A DNA stretch of 64,000 bases, from NCBI GenBank assembly GCA_965261345.1, contig OZ253449.1, forward strand, positions 736,001-800,000, read 5' to 3'. Below are positions 57,970-64,000 of this stretch, in pieces. The notes beneath the pieces were generated by a model. The model saw only the letters and a list, made by a program, of their open reading frames with translations. It was not told where the DNA came from and did no database searches. The position numbers were made by a program, and so were the translations under genes. This DNA comes from Chloroflexota bacterium. Lineage in GTDB: Bacteria; Chloroflexota; UBA11872; VXNJ01. Each line of letters opens with the position of its first letter. Position 1 is the first letter of the stretch.

Positions 57970-58488
57970 TCACTCCGCCTCGGCCGCCTGTTGCAGCTCC
58001 AGCTGTTCGCGCGCCATCGCCTCGGCTTCGGCCGCCAATTCGTCCAGGTCCATTACCTCTACCGTGATTGAGGCTTCCAGCCCGGTAGCGATCCGCACCG
58101 GCAGCGTGAAAATGCCCAGCGAACGGATCGGGTCCAGGATCGAGATCCGGTGGCGGTCGATTTCGATGTTGACCTGTTCAAGCAGGGCTTCGGCCACCTG
58201 CTGATTTGTCACCCGGCCGTGGATTCGGCCCTCGGAGCCTACCCGGGCTGGGATGATCACCGAGGCACCCTGCAACTTGGAGGCGACCGCCTGCGCCTTT
58301 GCCATCTCCAACCGCGCACGGTGGGCGGCGATGAGATGGCGGGTTTCCTGATCACGCAGTACCCCGCTGGTGGCCGGGCGCGCCAATCGCTTGGGGATCA
58401 GGTGGTTGCGCGCATACCCGGAGGAAACTTCGGCGATTTGGCCCACGGTCCCGAGCTTGGGAACGTCGGCCAGCAGGATTACTTTCAC
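57970..58488 (-). CDS. rplI: 50S ribosomal protein L9
   Basis: [31 protein letters not shown]. Confidence 0.96.
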   Translation of the reverse strand: MKVILLADVPKLGTVGQIAEVSSGYARNHLIPKRLARPATSGVLRDQETRHLIAAHRARLEMAKAQAVASKLQGASVIIPARVGSEGRIHGRVTNQQVAEALLEQVNIEIDRHRISILDPIRSLGIFTLPVRIATGLEASITVEVMDLDELAAEAEAMAREQLELQQAAEAE

Positions 58489-59861
58489 AGCGACTGCTTC
58501 TGTATTGTTCTCATGAAATCATTGTTGTCGCGGGTTTTCTTCAGCTGATCGAGCATCAACTCGATCGCGTCCTCGTCGCCGACCGCAAAGAGCATCCGGC
58601 GCAGCAGCCAACTCATTCGCGTTTTTTCGTCGTCGAGGAGCAGTTCGATCCGGCGAGTACCAGATTTAAGCACATCCACCGACGGAAACGTCCCGCGTTC
58701 GGCCAATCGACGGTTAAGGATCAGTTCCCAGTTGCCGGTTCCCTTAAATTCCTCGTAGATCACTTCGTCCATCCGCGATCCCGTGTCGATCAGGCAGGAC
58801 GCCAGCACCGTAAGTGAACCGCCGTGTTCGATGTTGCGGCCCGATCCGAAAAAGGTTTTGGGGGGCACCAGAGCGGCCGGGTCGACGCCTCCCGAAAGGG
58901 TTTTACCGGACGAGGGGACTTGCAGGTTGTAGGCCCGTGCCAGGCGGGTAATTGAATCTAGGAACAGGACCACATTGGCCCCGTTTTCCACCAGACGTCG
59001 GGCGTGCTGCATGGTCAGCTCGGCCACTCGGCAGTGGGTTTCAGGGTGCTCGTCAAAAGTGGAACTGATAACTTCAGCGTCAATCGAGCGCTGCCAGTCG
59101 GTTACTTCCTCGGGCCGCTCGCCAATGAGGGCCACAATCAGCTTCAGATCGTCGTAGTTGGTGGAGATCGCCTTCGCGATGCGCTTTAGCACCTCGGTCT
59201 TGCCGGCCTTTGGCGGGGAGACGATCAATCCGCGCTGCCCGCGCCCGATGGGGGCTACCAAGTCGATCATGCGCGAGGTCAGGTCGGTGCGAACATGTTC
59301 GAGTTGGAGCTGTTCGGTCGGGAAAATCGGGACCAGATTGCGAAACCGCGGACGCTTCTCGGCCAGGCTCGGATCGGCATTGTTGACCGCCACCACCCGC
59401 GTTAATCCGCGAAACTTTTCGTTGTCCTTGGGCCGTCGGACCTGTCCGGTTACCGAATCGCCGTTGCGCAGGCCGGCGCGCCGGATCTGCGCCTGGGATA
59501 CGTAAATGTCTTTGGGGTCCGGCACCCAACGCGGGTTGTTGCGCAGCAGCCCGAATCCCTCATGGGTCATTTCCAGAACGCCATGCTCAAGCGAATTGGC
59601 CAGGCCCGCATCGCTCTTGGCGATGATCTGTTCGACCAACGACCGCTTGTCATCCTCGTCATCGTAGGTCACAACCCCGAGGCGTTCGGCCAGGACCTGG
59701 AGCTCCTCGTATTCGCGGGCCAGAAAATCACGGCTCGAGAACATTCCAAGATAGTCCAGCGACCCGTTCTCGCCATTGATGTCGATGTTGCGCACAGCGG
59801 CGCCCCAATTTCCGCCGCGACCGCGGTCGCGGTCGCGGTACGGTCTACGGCGTCCGCTCAA
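58485..59861 (-). CDS. rho: Transcription termination factor Rho
   Basis: [43 protein letters not shown]. Confidence 0.97.
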   Translation of the reverse strand: MSGRRRPYRDRDRGRGGNWGAAVRNIDINGENGSLDYLGMFSSRDFLAREYEELQVLAERLGVVTYDDEDDKRSLVEQIIAKSDAGLANSLEHGVLEMTHEGFGLLRNNPRWVPDPKDIYVSQAQIRRAGLRNGDSVTGQVRRPKDNEKFRGLTRVVAVNNADPSLAEKRPRFRNLVPIFPTEQLQLEHVRTDLTSRMIDLVAPIGRGQRGLIVSPPKAGKTEVLKRIAKAISTNYDDLKLIVALIGERPEEVTDWQRSIDAEVISSTFDEHPETHCRVAELTMQHARRLVENGANVVLFLDSITRLARAYNLQVPSSGKTLSGGVDPAALVPPKTFFGSGRNIEHGGSLTVLASCLIDTGSRMDEVIYEEFKGTGNWELILNRRLAERGTFPSVDVLKSGTRRIELLLDDEKTRMSWLLRRMLFAVGDEDAIELMLDQLKKTRDNNDFMRTIQKQSL

Positions 59862-59997
59862 AGGAAATCTCCAAGTGTTTTGGCAGGATCGCCAGACCTT
59901 TTGCAGGCGGCCAACTATGGCAAGTGGGTCCGCTGCGGCAAATGAACTGACAAGATGCCGGAAGAAATTTGCGGGAATCGCGACGCTGGTCTAGTCG

Positions 59998-60726
59998 TTG
60001 GCCGACTGGCTACGGGCGCCGCCCCTACATCAACCGAACGCACGAATTGGCTGTCCGGCTTTGGAGAATGATACACCGTGCACAACCCGGCGGGAGTTTG
60101 GCCAGTTGAATATCGCGGAATCGTCGACCCGGACGCCGACCTTCCGGCTGGGCATCATTGGCGGCTCCTTTGATCCGGTGCACAAAGGGCACATTGCCCT
60201 GGCCAAGGCCTGCCTGCATTCGGGCCGGATCGACCGGGCGCTGCTTATTCCGGCGGCCCGCGCGCCCCTGCGGGTGGCTCCGCGCGAATCGGCTCGGCAT
60301 CGAATGGCGATGTGCAAATTGGCAATCGCCGGGGTCAAGAATCTGACGGTGTGCGGCTTGGAAGCCGGCCTTCAACGCGCCTACACCGTCGATACCTTGG
60401 CGCAGTTGACCAAGCTCAATCCGGGATGTGAACTGTTCCTGATAATCGGCACCGATCTGGTCGGCGAACTGACCAACTGGCGCAATCTGCCGGGAATTCT
60501 TAAATTGGCCCAGATAATGGCCGTCCGGCGCCCCGGTTGGCTGGCGGACACCTGCCCTCCAGATCCCGCGCTCGCCGATCGCCTGCAGATCGTTGACGTT
60601 GACACACCCGACATTTCCTCCACGCTCGTCCGCGCGAACCTGGCAGCGGGGGCGAAAATTTGCAACCTGGTGCCAGCGCCGGTTCTTCAATACATTCGGT
60701 CCCACAATCTCTATCAGCACGCGTGA
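59998..60726 (+). CDS. nadD: Nicotinate-nucleotide adenylyltransferase (true start probably downstream, near 60106)
   Basis: GGSFDPVHKGH, YTVDTL, IIGTD, ISSTLVR; adjacent to rsfS. Confidence 0.92.
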   Translation: MADWLRAPPLHQPNARIGCPALENDTPCTTRREFGQLNIAESSTRTPTFRLGIIGGSFDPVHKGHIALAKACLHSGRIDRALLIPAARAPLRVAPRESARHRMAMCKLAIAGVKNLTVCGLEAGLQRAYTVDTLAQLTKLNPGCELFLIIGTDLVGELTNWRNLPGILKLAQIMAVRRPGWLADTCPPDPALADRLQIVDVDTPDISSTLVRANLAAGAKICNLVPAPVLQYIRSHNLYQHA

Positions 60727-60777
60727 ATCAATCAGAGCCCGGCCGGCGGGTGGACCCGCCGGCGAGCGCCAGGCGCA

Positions 60778-61158
60778 TTGCGCGTGTCGCAAGACCTGAA
60801 CGCTAGCCGCCCCGGCCTTGCCGGTCCACGCTCGCTTGCCCACGCCATAGCGCAGGAGCTAAGCGAGAAGTCGGCCGCGCAAGTTCGCGTATTGGAGATT
60901 TCGCCAATCTCTTCAATCGCCGATTACTTCATCCTGGCCAATGCGAATTCACGCCTGCATCTGCGCGGGCTAGTTGATGGGTGCAGTCAGTTGGCCCCCA
61001 AAGGGCTGGCGGTGCGGGTCGAAGGCCGCCCCGATGACGGTTGGGTACTGGTTGATTTTGGCGACCTGATCGTTCACATTTTCCTAGCCGAACAGCGCGC
61101 GTATTTTGCCATCGATGAGCTTTGGTCAGATGCGCGCACGCTACTGCATGTGCAATAG
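60778..61158 (+). CDS. rsfS: Ribosomal silencing factor
   Basis: IADYFIL, WVLVDFGDLIVHIF..R.YF.IDELW. Confidence 0.93.
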   Translation: MRVSQDLNASRPGLAGPRSLAHAIAQELSEKSAAQVRVLEISPISSIADYFILANANSRLHLRGLVDGCSQLAPKGLAVRVEGRPDDGWVLVDFGDLIVHIFLAEQRAYFAIDELWSDARTLLHVQ

Positions 61159-61236
61159 CGGCAGGGAATCGGTGAATTTTTGGGTCCCCGTTAACATTCA
61201 ATTGAGGCAGTCGAGTCCGAACTGGAGGCGAATTAA

Positions 61237-61407
61237 ATGGCACGCCGGTCGCATGCTATCGCCGCCTTGGAGATCGGGTTCGCGCTGGTAACCGGGATCG
61301 GTATCGGGCTGCTGTTTGGATCGCGCGGACCGCTGCGGGCCATGTTGCGCCGGGCCCATCCGCTGACCCGCCGCCACAACGTCGACTACGACGTATTGCA
61401 GCAGTAG
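61237..61407 (+). CDS. Small single-TM protein (56 aa), not in the ORF track
   Basis: GGAGG RBS 8 nt before ATG; MARRSHAIAALEIGFALVTGIGIGLLFGSRGPLRAMLRRAHPLTRRHNVDYDVLQQ; fills the rsfS-mutS2 gap. Confidence 0.65.
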   Translation: MARRSHAIAALEIGFALVTGIGIGLLFGSRGPLRAMLRRAHPLTRRHNVDYDVLQQ

Positions 61408-61426
61408 CTCGGGTACCGCCGGCTCG

Positions 61427-63778
61427 CTAACGTAGTTCGACCACGGTAACGCCGTCGCCACCCTCGGTTGGCGGCCCCATCGCGAATTTCTTCACCAACG
61501 GATGGCCGCGGAGGTGAGATCGGACCGCGTCGCGCAGAACTCCGGACCCCAGGCCGTGCACCAGCACCGCGCTGGCGCGATTGCCAGCCACTGCCCGGTC
61601 GAGATGGCGATCCACTTCAACCGCGACGTGGTCGGGGAATACCCCGTGCAGGTCACCCCGGTAGGGAATCGGGCTGGCGGGCGCGGACGGCGCGACGCGA
61701 CGCTTGGCCTGGCCGCGATTGCCAGGAACAACCCGCCGGACCGCGGAACGATCGATCCGCCGCCGCAGTGATCCCACCGCCACTTCCAGTTCGCGTCCAC
61801 CGCGGCGGACGGCGATCACCCTGGCCGCCGGACCCGGTGCGGTCAATTCAACCCGGTCGCCGGGATTGATTGATACCGCCGGTCCCGGTTCCGGTCGATT
61901 GGCGGAGGGCTCAGCGGGTTCGGGAAATCCCAGTTGATCGTGCTCGCGCTGGCTCGAACGGGCTCGATCGGCAATTTTCTTGGCGGCCGAAGAGTCGGAC
62001 CCGGCGCTGGCCCGGGCCATTTGTCGGGAGAGCGATTCCATCTCCCTGAGCATTCGGCGCGAATTGGCGCGCTGGCGCGCCAATTCATCCTCGAACCGCG
62101 CGCGCTGTTGGGCAATCTCCAGGGTCACGTTGGTATGGATTTGGCTGGTCAAGCGGGCCTGATCACTCGCTTCTTGCTGGACCTTGTCAGCTTCCGCATG
62201 TTGGCTGCGCACCTTCTGCAGAATCGACTCAATTTCGCGATGCTTGGGGGCAAGACCGGCCCGCGCCCGCCGGCAGACCGACTGCGGAAGCCCGGAGCGC
62301 CCCGCTATATCGATGGCATGCGAGGACCCGGCGACGCCGATTTGCAGGCGATAGCGCGGGGCCAACGTTTCCAGATCAAATTCAACGCTTGCAGTTTCGG
62401 CCCTGGGGTTGTCGATAGCATGATACTTAAGGTCGCCAAAGTGGGTTGTGGCCATCACCAGGCTTCCACGTTCAAGCAGCGTGTCAATGATCGCCGCTGC
62501 CAGGGCGGATCCTTCGGCCGGATCGGTTCCCGCACCAATCTCATCGCACAGCACCAGCGACCGGGCGGTGGCCCTGTCCACGGCGACCGCCAGCCGCCGC
62601 ATGTGCGAGCTGAATGTACTCAGGTTTTGGGCAATGCTCTGCTCGTCGCCAATGTCGGCAAATATGGCGTCAAATATTGCGACCGTCGATCCGGCCGCGG
62701 CCGGAATTTGCAGACCGCAGGCGGCCATCAAGTGCAATAGCCCGACGGTCTTGAGGGCGACCGTCTTCCCGCCGGCGTTGGAACCGGTAACTACCAATGC
62801 GCCAAAGCCGGCCGCTCCGCCCACGCGGACGTTGATTGGGACCGCATCCGACCCGAGCAGCGGGTGGCGGGCCGAACGCAGATCAAAGGACAGGTCTTCG
62901 GCCAACCGCGGACGGCTGGCAGCCTGGACCAACGCCAACTTCCCGCGGGCTAGGATGAGGTCCAATTCGGCTGCCAGCGTCAAGTTCCCCATCAGCACAT
63001 CGGCGCGCTGTGCGATCCGGGCGGTGAGCAGAGAAAGTACCCGGTGGATTTCATTGCGCTCCTGCAGGCGCAGAGTCCGCAGCGCATTGTTGAGCGCGAC
63101 CGTGGGCAACGGCTCCACGTATACGGTCGCTCCACTGGATGAAATATCGTGCACCACGCCGGCGACCTGGCTCTGGCTCTCACGCCGTAGGGGAAGAACG
63201 TAGCGACCGTCGCGAACCGTAAACAGCGGTTCACGCAGCACCCCGCTGGCCGAGAGCGTTTCGATTAGACGGCCAAAAGCCTGCTCAAGCAGGGCTCGTT
63301 TCGAACGCAGTTGACGACGGATCTGGGCCAGCTCGGCCGATGCTCGGTCGCGCACCCCGCCGGATTCGTCCAAGGTCTTGCCAATGGCCGTCACCAAGTC
63401 CGCCAGCGGGTCGATCCGGCGCGACCGAGCCGCCAAATTTGGGGCAATCGTAACTGCCGCCAAGGATCCAGCGAATCGCGCCAACCCCGATATCGAGTCG
63501 CGGAGCTGGGCAAATTCGACCGCTTCGGGCACCGCGCCAACCGTTACTCGCTCCAGAATATGGTCGATTTCGCTGACCCCAACGCACCCCAATCGTTCGT
63601 TTTCGCGCAACGCGGCGATCGCCTCGGCGGTTTCATCCTGCCGGGTCGCAAATTCACCGGCATCGTCGGTCGGCAGCAACTCGGCGGCTTTGCGGATCGA
63701 GCCGAAGAACCCGCAATGGTCCTGCAACGAGCCCAACACGGCTGGTAATTCCAGGGCCTGGGCACTGGACATCAACAC
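61427..63778 (-). CDS. mutS2: MutS2 family ATPase with KOW and Smr domains
   Basis: VHDISSSGATVYVEP, TGSNAGGKT, IGDEQSIAQNLSTFSSH, DEIGAGTDP, DLHG, VHGLGSG. Confidence 0.95.
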   Translation of the reverse strand: MLMSSAQALELPAVLGSLQDHCGFFGSIRKAAELLPTDDAGEFATRQDETAEAIAALRENERLGCVGVSEIDHILERVTVGAVPEAVEFAQLRDSISGLARFAGSLAAVTIAPNLAARSRRIDPLADLVTAIGKTLDESGGVRDRASAELAQIRRQLRSKRALLEQAFGRLIETLSASGVLREPLFTVRDGRYVLPLRRESQSQVAGVVHDISSSGATVYVEPLPTVALNNALRTLRLQERNEIHRVLSLLTARIAQRADVLMGNLTLAAELDLILARGKLALVQAASRPRLAEDLSFDLRSARHPLLGSDAVPINVRVGGAAGFGALVVTGSNAGGKTVALKTVGLLHLMAACGLQIPAAAGSTVAIFDAIFADIGDEQSIAQNLSTFSSHMRRLAVAVDRATARSLVLCDEIGAGTDPAEGSALAAAIIDTLLERGSLVMATTHFGDLKYHAIDNPRAETASVEFDLETLAPRYRLQIGVAGSSHAIDIAGRSGLPQSVCRRARAGLAPKHREIESILQKVRSQHAEADKVQQEASDQARLTSQIHTNVTLEIAQQRARFEDELARQRANSRRMLREMESLSRQMARASAGSDSSAAKKIADRARSSQREHDQLGFPEPAEPSANRPEPGPAVSINPGDRVELTAPGPAARVIAVRRGGRELEVAVGSLRRRIDRSAVRRVVPGNRGQAKRRVAPSAPASPIPYRGDLHGVFPDHVAVEVDRHLDRAVAGNRASAVLVHGLGSGVLRDAVRSHLRGHPLVKKFAMGPPTEGGDGVTVVELR

Positions 63779-63792
63779 TGCTGCCGGCCCCG

Positions 63793-64000
63793 CTATCCCA
63801 CTGCCCCCACGGGTGGTGGTGGCAGAGTTTCCGTCAGATCGGGCGTGGGAGCGGGCTCTGCGGTCATATCGGCATCGGCCGCCCGCCCGGAGACGAAGGC
63901 GTCCACGCCGTCATCGGTCCATTGTCTGGTGTCGACCGGCATGCCAAATATCCGCAGTTCCCAGTGCAGGTGTGGCCCGGTTGAACGACCGGTCGACCCG
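63793..64000 (-). CDS. M23 family peptidase, C-terminal fragment (5' end outside the window)
   Basis: Own translation: GSTGRSTGPHLHWELRIFGMPVD...PPPPVGAVG-stop(TAG 63793). Confidence 0.85.
   Translation of the reverse strand, partial: GSTGRSTGPHLHWELRIFGMPVDTRQWTDDGVDAFVSGRAADADMTAEPAPTPDLTETLPPPPVGAVG

Noticed and set aside
28743-60765. Short GCCGGCGG-type palindromes in several intergenic gaps (about 5038, 22040, 28745, 57945, 60740) as a repeat family
   Set aside because: The sequences are not alike beyond GC-rich cores; compatible with chance or individual terminators.
1-64000. CRISPR arrays, rRNA, prophage or defence genes
   Set aside because: No regularly spaced direct repeats or matching protein motifs were seen by eye.

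Overview
GC-rich bacterial chromosomal segment, mostly housekeeping. The gene content (Firmicutes-like pyr operon with PyrR attenuator, MutS2, Rho, short SecA, many lipoproteins) tentatively suggests a monoderm lineage such as Chloroflexota; this is inference only. The left third is a nucleotide-biosynthesis cluster (pyrG-purA-[PyrR attenuator]-pyrR-pyrB-pyrC-carA-carB-pyrK ... pyrD). Between pyrK and pyrD sits an antisense three-gene block: an orphan parA overlapping a complete ftsZ, followed by a double-GAF HisKA_2-type histidine kinase. The middle holds a degenerate ychF, proC, holA/rpsT, a tRNA-Arg(TCG), two tandem paralogous surface proteins, and accessory metabolic genes (Thr-type sulfatase-like protein, NAD-formate dehydrogenase, ChrA, a decayed ABC-2 permease). 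The right third is a long minus-strand run: rho-rplI-dnaB-secA-prfB (+1 frameshift)-peptidase-ybdK-ftsE-ftsX-ftsE2-M23-ctpA-three unknown genes, followed by nadD-rsfS, a small unannotated ORF and mutS2. The two best candidates for undescribed biology both concern cell division: the coupled parA-ftsZ(-kinase) module outside any dcw cluster, and an ftsX flanked by two different ftsE genes, one with a degenerate D-loop. No CRISPR array, rRNA, integrase or transposase was recognised. All product calls are from motif recognition by eye; no database search was run.
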